Assembly (NCBI RefSeq): GCF_018977255.1
Contig: NW_024704743.1
Span: forward strand, 9,488,001 to 9,552,000
DNA from: Callorhinchus milii
Taxonomy: Eukaryota
Direction: 5' to 3'
DNA length: 64,000 nt
The notes under the pieces were generated by a model, which was given only the letters and a program-made list of their open reading frames with translations, had not been told where the DNA came from and did no database searches. This document shows, in pieces, positions 1 through 13,570 of the stretch. The first letter of the stretch is position 1. Each line of letters opens with the position of its first letter. Position numbers and translations under genes: made by a program.

Positions 1-1
1 G

Positions 2-148
<147 letters not shown>

Positions 149-1009
149 CTAGAGAGGAGAGACGCACACACACATTTCAGTCACAGAAGACCAGATAAGC
201 CTCAGCCAAAAGGCACATCACTACTATCACTTTCGTTAGCCAAGACAACAGCAATAACCCTAAAGTGACTGCGATAGGCATTCAATTTAAGGGGTCTTCC
301 TATTGAGATGCTTGGGAAATCACTTTGGTGCAAGTTTTAAACCCTGGTCAACCTTTGTGCTGAGCGTGGCTGCTGGTTTGTGAGTTTTTTAAAAAATTAT
401 AAATGAAGATAAAATGAAATTACTTCCTGGCATGACACAAAATTGATTGAAGCATCTTTTTGCATCACACCAATGCCTCCTCCATAGAATAACTGTTCCA
501 AGCGACAATGGCCAAGAATTCACAACAACTTGCATTTATACACGCAGGAGAGTGTCAAGAGCGCTGCACAGTGGCAGAAAGACATGCCGAACAAGATGAT
601 TGTTAAGAAGGCAATCTTAACAGATGGGAAAGCATCCACTGGATTTAAAAATGGCCTTCCAGTTACAGAAAAAGCTCAGGCACAGGTGTGAAATAAAAGC
701 AAGCCAATTCCTATTTCTTAAATATCTCAAGTGCTGAAAAAGGTTACCAATCACTCATTGGAACACTGTCCTTCAAATATTATTTGCAAATAATGAACGC
801 TTCAAAAGAGTCTGAATTTCAAGGTAGATATGGCACCAATTTAACTCAAATAGAACTCTCAAATCCTATCGGTTAAAATAAAAAGTAGATTTTCCACAAG
901 AAAAGGATATACTTTTGTTAATGTGTATTCCAAAGGTCTCCTTGTTTATGCAAAACATCAATTGGTCTGGTGCTCAGAGTTTTTCTCAGTCAAATTGTAA
1001 AAGGTAGAC

Positions 1010-1402
1010 GGTTTCACTTGTTCGCTCTCTCACATCTGATTTAGGTCAGAAGGTTGCGGGTTCAGGCTCCACATCAGCACTTGGCTGACACTCCAATGGA
1101 GTGCTTGGGGGAGTGCTGTATTGTCAGAGGGGCCATCTTTTGGATCAGACATAAAGCTGATGTCCAGTCTGCCTGTTCAGGTGAACATAAAAGATCTCAT
1201 GGCATTATTGAAAATGAGGGGAATTTCTGCCAGTGTACTGGCCAACGATCTTCCAGATAAAATTGGTCATTCAGTTCATGACTGCTCATTGAACATTGCT
1301 GTGGACAAACTGGCTGAGCGAGATTGCCTATAAATACACAGTCGCTGCACTTTACAGAATAACTGAAGTGTTTTGAGGCATCCAAAGTTATCGGCACTAT
1401 AT
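1010..1402 (+). mobile_element. Deu-domain tRNA-SINE (SacSINE1/AmnSINE1-like), diverged
   Basis: Degenerate tRNA head (gggttcaggctcc), Deu motifs ggagtgctgtattgtcagaggggcc and gtctgcctgttcaggtgaacataaaagatctcatggca, L2-like tail. Confidence 0.8.
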
Positions 1403-1426
1403 CGGCATAGTACTGTGTAGCATATT

Positions 1427-1644
1427 GGGTTCAATTCCCAGGCGGGCAAAACGTTAGGCAAGGCTCCTTACTCCATATGCTTCTGTTTACCTAGTAGTAA
1501 GTAGGAACCTGGTAGTTAGTCGATTGGCGGATCGCTTTCCTGGGAGTAATAATCGCTTAAAATATATATATATTTTTAAAAAATAATAAATTTGGTCACT
1601 CAATCCATGACTGTTTATGGGACACTGCTGTGCACTATTGGCTG
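1427..1644 (+). mobile_element. Modular tRNA-SINE (family A, long form), truncated at both ends
   Basis: gggttcaattccc...ccttactcca...tgtttacctagtagtaagtaggaacctgg...ttggtcactcaatccatgactgttt; matches the copy at 13199. Confidence 0.85.
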
Positions 1645-1649
1645 TTACG

Positions 1650-1962
1650 CACTATTCACTCCCTCCGCTCGCCGGGCTCCGGCCTGTTTCATGTCCCCTC
1701 GCCTCGCCCGCCCCAAATTGGTAGGCGAGTCTTTTGTCACTCTGCCCCCATCCTCTGGAACTCCATTCCCTCGTCCCTCTGCCTCGCCTCCTCCCTTGCC
1801 TCCTTCAAGACCCATCTCAAGAACCTCCTCATCGACTGTGCTTTCGATCATGCTCCCTCCTCCCCTGCCCTCCCCAATCCAACCCCCAGCTCAGGTCCGT
1901 TCGTAACATTGACTGTCCAGAACCTTGGGACGTGAAAAGCGCTATACAAATGTTGTTGTTGT
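1650..1962 (+). mobile_element. L2 LINE 3' end
   Basis: ORF2 C-terminal peptide SLRSPGSGLFHVP...IGRRVFCHSAPILWNSIP...FKTHLK, then tail gtgaaaagcgctatacaaatg(ttg)n. Confidence 0.85.
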
Positions 1963-1967
1963 TCAAA

Positions 1968-2182
1968 TGCAGCAGCCAATTGCGCACAGCAGTGTCCCAC
2001 AAACAGTCATGGATTGAAGTGACCAATTCATTATTTTATTTTAATTTTTAAATTTTTTTCTTTAGGGATTATTATCAGGCATGTGAGTAAGGAAACTTAC
2101 CTAAGGTTTTGCCCAGCCGGGAATTGAACCCAGCTCTCTCACTTGCGAGGCGAGTGCTCTAACCACTAAGCTACAGGACTCC
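1968..2182 (-). mobile_element. Modular tRNA-SINE (family A, short form), 3' truncated
   Basis: Reverse complement begins ggagtcctgtagcttagtggttagagcactcgcctcgcaag and follows the 8622 copy. Confidence 0.88.
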
Positions 2183-3369
2183 TCTGGACTATCTGGAGAA
2201 ATGCCTAACAGGGTCATCGATGTGAAACCACAGAACTCAGCCATTGTGCTTGGCTGGAACACTATCCAGCGATACCTCTGGAGGCACCAGTGCAGCTCAT
2301 TTATCTCACTTCAACTGCAATCAACATAATCTTTGCATGGCTAATGCAGTGGGACAAAAACAGCAGGATGGGCTAAGAGGGCCAACTGATCAATTTAATT
2401 ATCTTTCCAATAAGAGGAGAGGTAGATGGCTCACCTTTGAATACGCATGGGGCAAAAGGTTGCACCACATCATCTGCAACTCAAAACCTTCCCGTACCAC
2501 AATTGGAAACCCTCAGTATAAAACTCATAATGAAGGTTGACAGTTCACTGAAACCACATTGCCTTACAGGGAAAATCTGTGCTCATGGACATGAAAGTCA
2601 GTGACATGCCCCAAACATAAACATCTCTCTCCAGTCATCCGCTTGGGATGCTTTCAGAGAAATCATCTGAAGTTACAATGCACAGTTCGTGAACTCAAAT
2701 CACTGATCGCTGTCATCAACCTTCCGGCTTTTTGTTCTGCAACTGAGAGAATTGCTTCAGGGCCATTTATGGGAAGTTGCTGTGAGTAATAAGGGCTCTG
2801 AGTTTTGTCTGCAAAAATGCAGTTTCTGCACTTAACGGCAATTCTTCTGAAGCACTTTTGAAACTTTGATGCACTGATAACAGAATCTTACATTTTTATA
2901 GCGTCTTTCCTATCAGGAGGACACCACTCACAGTGCTTCACACAACCTAGCTGTGGGGAAGGGGGATAGAAAACGAAGTCAAATGCATGGTCTTTAGGTG
3001 GATTTTGAAGGCAGAGAGTGGGTATGATACACTGAGGGAAGGTACTATAAAACACAATTTTTTTCAACTTCTTTCAGAAGCCCAGGGTAACAAGATTCCA
3101 TTTATTTCCATTTATAGAGCGCCTTTCACGTCAGGAGGACGTAAAAGGACGTAAAGAGCAGAGGTCAACATTTCAAGTGCAGCTATGCTATCTTAGCGAA
3201 AATTTCCTTACTCAATTTACCTCCTTCACCCTTCCACCTCAAGATCATCCTCCCAAATGTTTTATTTTTTTCCTCAAACATGTACTATTTTGTACAATCT
3301 GCCTATTTTCAGGTAGGGAGGAATTTCCATTCCCACACAATGATATTATTGATATCAATATGATATGAT

Positions 3370-3590
3370 AACCCTTGCATATGATAGAGCTTTATGATGT
3401 GATCAAAACATCTCAAAGTGCAGGGACTGTGTTATTCAAGGAGAACAATTTGTACAGAGCCATGTCCCTCAAACAGCCATGGAGTGAGTGATCAATTTTA
3501 TTTGGGGGGATTGTTAGCAAGGACAATGAGAGAAACTTCCTTCTCTGTTTGAATTGTGTCATGGGATCTTTAACATCCACCTCAGTTTAA
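3370..3590 (-). mobile_element. Deu-domain SINE, 3' half
   Basis: catgggatctttaacatccacct motif plus the tail ccttgcatatgatagagc...tctcaaagtg. Confidence 0.7.
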
Positions 3591-5170
3591 CGTAGATAAA
3601 AGGTCCCAGCTTCTACTATTTGAATACTTAACGGTACAGTGTTACAAAATGATGATAATGACCACTTAAATAATGCGTATGTTTTAATATCCTTGCACAC
3701 ACTTCTTTTCCTTCTTCCAATGCTACCCTCCCCCAAAACATTCCTGCTCAGAGCCATCCAGAAACCCAGTTGGTTTTCACACAGACAACAGATGTACCAC
3801 TTGAAAATGTACTAAACGAACATTAAAAGCTAATTATACCTTACTCCATCTCACAGTGTGACCCCAGCATTCACTATCAAACCACAATACCCTTTAAGCT
3901 TGCCTTCCAGCCAAATGCTGCACTATAAAAAGAATCTAATTATATAAAAATGACTGTGTGCTCGGTTTCCTCCTTTAAGACGAACTCCATTGGTGTATTT
4001 CCTTTGATTTACAGCACTAGAATCTGCCTCTTCTCCTCCCCCCGACACACACCCCAATGTTCATTTTAGGTGAAAGAGGGTCCAGAACATGGACAATAAA
4101 CAAAGCAAAAAAAAATCCTCAATCAGCAAAAGACTCTTTAAAAACATAAATATATTTTCAGACACATTCATTACATACAGGTTCTGTCAAATGCTGGCAT
4201 TTCACACAAGATAAGAGTTTATGGTGCAGTTTATCAGTCAAACAGGAGCACTTGTACCATGAGAGTCAATGTTGCACAGCAGCTGCTTTTTAAAAAAAAC
4301 GATATTTTCATTCATTGCAGGCTGCTCAATATGATTCTGCAATTCATTACTGTGTCCGTGACTGCTTTACTCAAATGGTAACATACAAGACTGTTTTGAG
4401 GAAAACCAATTCCATTCCTGTCATTTTGCAAATGGAAATTATCCCGAATAGTTATGAAAATCCTTCCTTCCCCTCTCCTCCCCCATTCAATTTCTTTTTC
4501 AGCACCCATGCAGATAAAACTGAAGCTGAACAGAGATGTTTAACGAAGACCTTGCCAAAAAGCAATGGGGAGTGGGGTGGGGGGGGGGGGATAACAGAGG
4601 TTCTGTTCTAATATATTACTAACCCTACAAATTGCCACTCTAATGCCACTCTAGGGGTGCACTGCATTGTCAGAATTGTCATCCTTCAAATTCCCCATCC
4701 TTCTCTCTCTCTTTCCCCCCTTTCTCTGCTTCTCTCCTTCCCTCTCTTCCACCACCCCTTTCGCTCTCTTTGGGATATTGGTGTGCACAATCATGCTGCT
4801 GCGTTTGGCTACAAATACACAGTCACTCAATTTCACAGTAAGTCCTGTGAAGCACTTTGAGACGTTCTTGCAACAAGGCTAAGGCGCTTTTCCGAGTGCA
4901 AGGATTATTAACGTTATTATTATAATATTACACCAAGGTCCCATCTGCCTGCTCAGGTGGATGATAAAGATCCCATGGCACTGCTCGAGAATAGAAAGAA
5001 GAGTTTCTCCGGTGTTCTGGACAATAATCCCTCAGATAAAATTAGTCATTCACTTCATGGTTATTTGAGATATGGATCAGTTAGGCCAGTTTCTGTGTTG
5101 AATCACCAAATAACTTCATAGGTACTTTGTAGGCGCTTGCTGTCCAAGTAATGTTACCATTTATTTGCTG

Positions 5171-8100
5171 TCAAACACATGAACGTCTGGCTGGAGAAAT
5201 GTTGCATGAAGGAGGGCTTCAGGTTTCTAAACCACTGGGATCACTTCTGGGGCAGATGGGACCTGAGCAGGGCTGGGACCAATGTCGTTGCAACAAGGAT
5301 AACAAATGCTGTGGGAAAGCATTTAAACTGATTTCGAGGGGGAACGGGGATCAGAATGTAGCATCATGGAGGGGAAACAAGTTACATAGTGGACGAGGAG
5401 AGACAAACAGAAATGAAACAAGGAATAGTCCAGCAAAAAGTGGAAAGAGACGAGGGAGAAATGTAGAGCGGATTAAGCTAGTATTGGAGTGAATCTGTGT
5501 AAATGCACGGAGTGTGACCAATAAGCTTGGTGAGCTGCGGCTCAAGTTGCCACATGGGGCTACGATGTAGTGGCAATTACGGAGACTTGGCTCAAGCAAG
5601 GACAGGAATGGGAGCTGAATATTCCTGGCTACAACCTATTCAGGAGGGATAGGGGAGGGAAAAAAGGAGAAGGGGTGGCAATACTCATTAGGGACACGGT
5701 CACGGTCCTGGAAAAGGACGATGTGTTAAAGGGACCAAAAACTGAATCTATCTGGTTAGAGTTACGGAGCAGAAAAGGAGCTGTTACTCTGTTAGGTATT
5801 TATTTACCTCCAAACAGTGCAAAGGAAATAGATGAGCAAATCTGCAAGCAGATTTCGGAAAGTTGCAAAACCAATAAGAGTAGTGATAATGAGGGACTTC
5901 AATTATCCTAACATAGACTGGGAAACACACAGTGTAAAGGGCAAGGAAGGGGAGGAATTCCTGAAATGTGTGCAGGAGAACTTTCTGGATCAACATGTTT
6001 CCAGCCCAACGAGGAAGGAAGCAGTGCTGGATTTAGTTCTGGGAAATGAAGTGGGGCAAATGGAGCAGGTTTCAGTAGGAGAGCATCTGGATAACAGTGA
6101 TCACAACATCATTAGGTTTAGAATAGTTATGGAAAAGGACAACAATCAATCAAAGGTAAAGACCCTCAACTGGAAGAGGGCTAATTTCAGTGAGCTAAAA
6201 AGGGACCTGGCCAAGATAGATTGGAAAGAAAGATTGGCAGGTAAGACAGCAAACGAATAATGGTAAGCCTTCAATGAGGAGATAGTTTGGGGACAGAGCA
6301 AATACATTCCCACAAAGGGGAAAGGTAGGACAGTTAAACCTCCCTGGATGACCAAGGAAATTGGGATTACAATAGAACAGAAAGGAGGCTTATGACAATT
6401 GTCAGGTCCAAAACACACAGGATAATCAAATAGAATATAGGCAGTACAGAGGAGAAATGAAAAGGGAAATAAGAAGGGTGAAGAGACTGTACGAGAAAAG
6501 ATTAGCAGGAAACATAAAAGGGAACCCTTAGGTATTTTATAAGCATATCAAGAGTAAAAGGTTAGTCAAAGGTAGGGTGGGTCCAATTAGGGACCCAAGT
6601 GGAAATCTTCTTGTTGAGGCAGAGGGCATGGCTGATGTACTAAATAAGTACTTTGCAACTGTCTTCACAAAACAAGACGATGCAACCAATGCCACAATAT
6701 CGCAGGCGTGTGAACAGAAATTGGATATGATAAAAATCAACAGAGAGGAGGTACTAAAAAGGCTGTTGGTGCGCAATGACGGGATGCATCCTAGGTTACT
6801 GAGGGAAGCAAGCGTGGAAATAGCGGAAGCTTTGGCCACAATCTTTCATCCTCTTTGGACACTGGAGCGGTGTCAGAGAACTGGAAGGTTGCAAATGTTA
6901 CTCCCCTGTACAAAAAGGGGCAGAAGGATAAACCTGAGAACTACAGGCCAATCAGCCTAACGTCAGTAGTACGGAAACTTCTGGAGAGTATAATCTGGGA
7001 CAATATAAATTCTCACTTCGAAAAATATGGTTTAATAAAGGACAGTCAACACGGATTTGTTAAAGGCAGATCATGTTTGACAAACCTAGTAGAATTTTTT
7101 GATGAAGTGACTGAGAGGCTGGGTGAAGGTAGTGCAGTAGATGTAGTTTATCTAGATTTTCAAAAGGCATTTGATAAAGTGCCACATAAGAGACTTATAA
7201 ACAAAATAGAAGCCCACGAAAGGGACTGTGGCAACATGGATCCAGAACTGGCTAGGAGACAGAAAGCAGAGAGTGGTAGTAAACGGTTGCTTTTCTGACT
7301 GGAGGGAGGTATTTAAAGGTGTCCCTCAGGGGTCGGTATTGGGACCACTGCTCTTTCTCATCTATATTAATGATCTGGACCTGGATACAGGGAGCACAAT
7401 TTCCAAATTTGCAGACACGAAGCTAGGAAAAGTAGTTAACGGTGAGGAGGATAGCACCAGACTCTAAGAGGACTTAACATTGGTAAAATGGGCAGAAAAG
7501 TGGCAGATGAGAATTAATGTGGAGAAATGCAGAGTGTTGTACTCTGGTAGGAAGAATGAGGAGAGGCTGTATAAGCAAGATAGTACAATCTTAAAGGGGG
7601 CAAATGATTAGAAGGATTTGGGTGTTTACATAAGCAAATCTCTGAAGCTGGCAGGACAGGTAGATAAAGCTGTTAAAAAAGCATACGGAATACTAGGTTT
7701 TATAAATAGGGGCAGAGAATTCAAAAGTCAGGAGGTTATGTTGAATATTTATAAAATGCTGTTAGGCCTCAGTTGGAGTACTGCATTCAGTTCTGGGCAC
7801 CCAACTGTAGGAAAGATGTTAGGGCATTGGAGAGGGTGCAAAGGAGGTTTACCAGGATGGTACCAGGAATGAAGGACCCCAGTCATGAGGAGAGGTTAGC
7901 AAAACTAGGATTATTCTCCCAAGAGCAGAGAAGCTTAAGAGGGGATTTAATCGAGGTTTTCAAGATTATGAGAGGATTTGATAGGTTGAACCGGAAAAAA
8001 CTGTTTCCACTGGCATGTGGGTCAGTAACCCGAGGACACTGATTTAAGATAGTTGTTAAAATAGAGGGTAGGTTAGGAAAAAAANTTTCACCCAGCAAGT

Positions 8101-8307
8101 TGTTCAGATCTGGAATGCATTACCTGAAAGGGTAGTGGAAGCCGATTCAATAACAACTTTTAAGAGAGTTTTTGGAGAGGACAGGATTGCAGGGCTATGG
8201 AGAGAAAGCGGGCCAGTGGGACTGAGTTGGATTACTCTTTTAGGAGCCGGTGCAGACGCGATGGGCCGATTGGCCTCTTTCTGTGCTGTTGAGTCTATGA
8301 AATATAG
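5171..8307 (+). mobile_element. CR1 LINE, 5' truncated and inactivated (end of ORF1, all of ORF2, 3' UTR)
   Basis: APE endonuclease motifs (AITETWL, DFNYPNIDW, LDLVL, SDHN) and RT motifs (NYRPISLTS, QHGF, YLDFQKAFDKVPH, GVPQGSVLGPLLF) spread over frameshifted ORFs. The catalytic KFADDTKL reads KFADTKL at about 7405-7425. CR1 tail gggccgattggcctc...ctgtgctg...ctatga. Confidence 0.95.
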
Positions 8308-8621
8308 TAACTGCACAACGGTCATTAACTGAGAAGTGCTTTGATACAATTCGGCAATAAAGGAACTGTACCAAATGCAAGGATTTATTATTAATGATCT
8401 ATAGAACACAACAGCGTAAAGCAAGCCACACAGTTCCTCAAGACCGGTGATTTCCTCCACATGAGCCACCTGATCTAATTCAACTCCAGTTTGCTCCTCA
8501 TACCGTTTAATATTTCTCCTCTTGAAGCTTACTCCCTCTGAAATTAATTTATGAATTCTGTCTCTACTGCAGTTTATAGAACTCCTCTAATATAGAACAT
8601 TCTATTATATAATATAGAACA

Positions 8622-8934
8622 GTGGAGTCCTGTAGCTCAGTGGTTAGAGCACTCGCCTCGCAAGCGAGAGACCTAGGTTCAATTCCCAGCAGGGCGAAAG
8701 CTTGGGTAAGTTTCCTTACTCCACACGCCTGATCATAATCTCTCAAGAAAAAAAATTATAAAATTGGTCACTTCAATTCACAACTGTTTGTGGGACACTG
8801 CTGTGCGCAATTGGTTGCCGCGTTTCGCCCCCAAATATACAGTCAATTTACTTTACAGTATATTCTGTGATTCGCTTTGAGACGTCTAGAAGCCTTGAAA
8901 AGCGCTATATCAAATCCAAGGATTATTATTATTA
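8622..8934 (+). mobile_element. Modular tRNA-SINE (family A, short form), full length
   Basis: A box tagctcagtgg, B box ggttcaattcc, body, tail aagcgctatatcaaatccaagg(att)n. Confidence 0.92.
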
Positions 8935-10229
8935 TATATTCTGTTCACGTAAACACAATAATCCAATGTCCTGAAGAAAAAGGCATCCAAGGCTGTTACA
9001 GTATAATAGAAATTCACATTTAGATTGTGGTTTCATGTCAGGAGGAGTATCAAAGCACTGAGCAGTCCAGGGTTTGCAACCAAGCTAGGGATGGGAGCTG
9101 AGGGGTGGTGGGGGGAGAAAGATGGCCAAAAGTGTGATCAGAGGAAGATCTTCAGGTGGACCTTGAAGGAGGTGAGGTCCGGAGAGCTGAGACAAATATG
9201 CTGAAAGCCCAATCACTTATCGTGAGCCGAGGTGGGATAGGGGATGTGAAGCCCAGTGCCCATTACTGCTCTACAGAGTTCCAAGATCCATTAACCCTCC
9301 TCTATCGATCTATCCCATCTGCCTGTTCAAGTGAGTGTTAAAGATTCATGACCAGATTTGAAAAAAGGGAGTTCCTTCCGGTGCTCTGACCACCAGTTGT
9401 TCAGATGAATTTGTTATTCAGACTCATGCAGTGCACAGCACAGGGTCCTCCTTCATCAGTGACACCAGATTACTTTGTAATTGGCACTTAAATTATGAAA
9501 AGCAGTTGCTACCCACAAGGTTGTTTCCACATTGTTTAATTATTTGGTGAACAACTATCTCTAACTATAGAAATTTACAGCACAGAAGACAGCCATTCAG
9601 CCCATTGTATTTGTGCTGGCCCAAGGCAAAGATGGCAAGCCATTGCAAGCGAGAAACACATGCAGGCAGTTTATAGCTGCTAATTCACTTGGAATAACTT
9701 GAGCCTGTGCTGGCATTTCCTTTCAAATGGCAATATCTATTGTAAACAGACTCCAAATCTCACTAAGTAGGAGTTGCTATTGTGGTGCATTAAGCAAGTC
9801 CCTAGCCAGGCATTAGCCAAGTCCTGTTCATGTGGCAAGTTTCCAACTAACCGATCAGCGAGTTACCAGAGCATTAGACAACTGTACAGATATGTCCAAG
9901 TGCTCCAATTCAAAGTAACGGGCGCAAAAGAAAAACAAGCAAGCACCGATAGGACTTGTTAACTATAAAATAAAAATTGTTTTATGAAGCTCCTACATAC
10001 CATCCACATTCTGACGGTGCCTATTCAAGTCACTATACTGTACTTCAAAGTAGCTCAATGTGTAAAGCATTTCAATGCTATTAAGGCACTTCACTGACTA
10101 CAAGTACAGGAAAGTTTTATTTTTTTCCAGTATTGTGACTAAATTCAAATCCAGATTTCAAAAACTGATCAAACACACCTTCCCATTTCACTGTATCACA
10201 CAATCCACTCGAAACTTGGGTTTTTATTT

Positions 10230-10932
10230 CTGCTCACATACCCTTGCAAATTCCTCCTACTGAGATATCTAACTTGTTCCCTTTTGAAAGGTAATATGAA
10301 TGTTTGCCACGACAATCGCACCCAGCAGTGCATTCCACATCCAAACAACTCTGGCCAAAAATAATCCTCATCTCCACCTTTGCCAATTGTTTTAACTTGA
10401 TATCCTCTTGTCATTGATTCACTAACCTGTGGAATATCCTCATTTTAAAGACCTAAACCGTATCTATTCCAATGAATGCAAGCTTAGTTCTTCAAATATA
10501 GCTCAGGGTCAAACTGCTTATTTTTGGCAACATCCTCGTAAATCTGTTCTCTCTCAATGACCCTGACACATTTCCTAACGTGGGATGACCAAAACTGGGC
10601 AGAATACTCCAAATGTATTCCAACTTTCTTGGTATAGAATATATAGCTCTTACGATCTGGAATGCACTGCCTGAAAGGGTGATAGAAGCAGATTCGATAG
10701 TAGCTTTCAAAAAGGGATATGTACTTGAAAACAACAAAATTACATTTGTATAGGGTCTTTCACGTCAGGAGGATGTCCCAAGGCACTGGACAGGCAGTAT
10801 TTCACAAAGGTAAAATTTACAGAGCTATGGGGTAAGAGCGGGTGAGTGGGACTAGGTGATTGCTCTTTCAAAGAGCCGGCACAAGCATGATGGAACGAGT
10901 GACCTCCTTCTGTGCTGTAAGATTCTATAAGA
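10230..10932. mobile_element. Cluster of CR1 3' fragments on both strands, with an L2 tail (about 10730-10793, minus) nested in the plus-strand CR1 tail
   Basis: gatctggaatgcactgcctgaaagggtg...ccttctgtgctgtaagattctat resembles 8105-8300 and is interrupted by acaacaaaattacatttgtatagggtctttcacgtcaggaggatgtccc. Confidence 0.75.
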
Positions 10933-12582
10933 ATCGTTGCTATCCAAGTGCCTTCCATAGCTTTCATTGCAACCATTCACTGAGGACTCTGTTGATCCTG
11001 ATGCCTGGAACAGTCTACTTTATTTTTATACCCTATAATGAACCACCTCTGAGCAGCTTCATTTATTTCCCAACTTTTCGGACCAATGATTCCGCTACCA
11101 GTCTGTGATCTAATCGGATAAGACTGCAAAGCATGAAACCTCCTGTGGTTAACTTTAATCATTATTTCCCCTCAATACTCCCTGTACATGGAATTTAAGT
11201 AAATGATGAAATCTAGGCTTCGGACACCAAGAAAATCATTAAAGCAATAATCAATTCACTTTTTATTAACACACAGTAGTCAGAGACATGCACTACAATC
11301 AAGGTCACTCAATCATAATAACTAGTTTGTTTGGGACAACTTAACAAAGGAAGATAAGATAACAGAGTCAATGCAAAGATCAAGGTTCTGAGAGCATATT
11401 TATCAGGGTCATTGAGAAAGTAGTAACGTAAAATAACCAAATGGAAGGAATGCGTGTTGGGTGGGTGGTGGGGGGAGGGGGGAGCGCATGTGTGAGCAGC
11501 ATGGGCGGGTGTGAATGGGGGGGTCACACAAGTTATACCAAGTTAGCAATAATTTGATGGTTAACAGATAAATGCTTTTTAAAAACTTTAAAATCTTGGC
11601 AAATAGCAGGGTAATGTCATTACAGTTGATAACTCCAGTGGGGGAGTTAGCACCAGACACCTACTACCTTTTAGGCTGTCAACCTCTAATGATTTCAGAG
11701 CTAGTTGGCTGGGTGGTCTTGCCTACCAGTCCAGCACTAAATTCAGAAGCAGAGACCTTCCTTTGAGAGAAGTATTTTTATTGCTGTTTAATCTTGTTGC
11801 ATATCAGCATGGGCCAAATGGCCTTCTTCTGTGCAGTAAAATTATTAGGTTCTATTTGTGACAGAGCACAGATTACTCACAAATGGGTTACTTGCAGACC
11901 GCAGTAATGGTGAGTCCATGCAGACAGGGACAAAACCAGTCTGCAAAGCTGAAAGAAGGGCTTTTGAGGGTTTTATGTGAAGGATGTGAAGTCTAAACAG
12001 GAGGCTATGGTCTCTGAATCAGACATGAACTTGTTTCGACCTCCTACCCACAGAGCAAATAGTTTGCAAGTAGAATTTTAATAGAAAATGAAGGAAATCA
12101 ACTGCAGGGTAATAAAAATCCCCCCAAAAGAGTTAATTTTTTGGATGTGACCTTCAGAACAAGAAGACTAACAATATTCTTGGCTTCATGGAGCACATCA
12201 TAACTAAGTCAAATCCTCTCCTCCCTCATTAACCCTCTTTTTTCAGACACTGATTGAACAAATGCATATTTTCAGCATTCATGTTTTTTCTCTCTCATAT
12301 CTCAGCAGCATTCTGAGTAATAAATCTTAATCATATTTGATTATGGCAACTCTCCACGTCATGAGGACGTCTCAATGCATGTCACACAATTTGTTATAAA
12401 TTGCAGTGACTGCGTATTTTAACGGTGAACATAATTTGTATCATTTGCCTTCATCATGATGCCTCTCGACTTTAAACTATCCCAGTGGCATACAACAATT
12501 AATAAGCAAGTTACTTTACTTGCACATCTCACATTTTAGTCCATGTGTGTTTATGTTCTAAATAACAGCAGGATTTTTCATA

Positions 12583-12805
12583 ATCCTTGCATTTGATAAA
12601 GTGCCTTATCACCATCTCAGGGCTTCACTGACAAGTGTAATTAATGTATTTTGTGGGCGAACACAGCAGCCAATGTCAACCAACAGCAATGTCCCACAAC
12701 CAGCCAAGAAATGAATGACCAATTTTATCTAGAAGATGAAATTCCCTTTTTATTTTCAATGGGACCATTGGATCTTTAATGTCCATCTGTACAGGCAGAC
12801 AGATT
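12583..12805 (-). mobile_element. Deu-domain SINE, 3' half
   Basis: aatccttgcatttgata...cagcaatgtcccaca...ggatctttaatgtccatctgtacaggcagac. Confidence 0.75.
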
Positions 12806-13198
12806 TTCAGAAAACTGTAAGGCAAAGGATCTGTGCCGGGTTTTTCAACTTCTGAAGCTTATAAGCTTTGGGGTAAGAAAGGCACACCTTACAGCCTGCT
12901 TTGTGCCTAGGTGTTGGAAGAATGGATTTGTACCTGCGGTATGTCCGAATCACATAACAAACTGCATTCATATAGTGTCTTTCACGTCACGAGGACTCTT
13001 CAAGGCACTGATAAAATGCTCACATAGCCTTCTGCTGGGTTAGCCTAAAGGGAAGGCTTTGAGCAAGAACTACTGCTATTTGTACCAAAATAGCAAGCAC
13101 AACCCCCCCCCCCCCCACCCCCCAAACCATTGCTCTTCTCTTACATCTGCGTTAGGTAAGCCAAAGACTTCTCCTCAACACTCAACCTATTCTCTAAT

Positions 13199-13570
13199 GT
13201 GAAGTCCTGTAGCTCAGTGGCTAGACACTTGTCTCGCAAGCTTAGGTTGAACTTGGGTTCAATTCCCGGCCAGGTGAAACATTGGACAAGTTTCCTTACT
13301 CCACACGCCCCTGTTTACCTAGCAGTAAGTAGGAACCTGGTTGCCAGTCAATTGGCGGATCGCTTTTTCGGGGGTAATAACTCCTTCAAAAAAAAAAAAT
13401 TTGGTCACTCAATCCACAACGTTTGTGGGACACTGCTGTGCGCAACTGGCTGTCGCATTATGTCCACAAAATATATAGTCAATTCACTTTACAGTATATT
13501 CTGTGAAGCGCTTTGAGATGTCTTGAAGACGTGATAAGGTGCTATATCAAATGCAAGGATTATTATTATT
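13199..13570 (+). mobile_element. Modular tRNA-SINE (family A, long form), full length
   Basis: tRNA head, then ctgtttacctagcagtaagtaggaacctgg...ggcggatcgcttttt, Deu 3' segment and (att)n tail. Confidence 0.92.

Noticed and set aside
5570..8042. Functional reverse transcriptase gene or retron-like system
   Set aside because: Ordinary CR1 ORF2 with many frameshifts and stops and a missing catalytic Asp.
8624..8700. Apparent tRNA-Ala(CGC) gene, and similar heads elsewhere
   Set aside because: It runs directly into a SINE body with no oligo-T terminator, the anticodon varies between copies and the first acceptor pair is mismatched. These are SINE heads.
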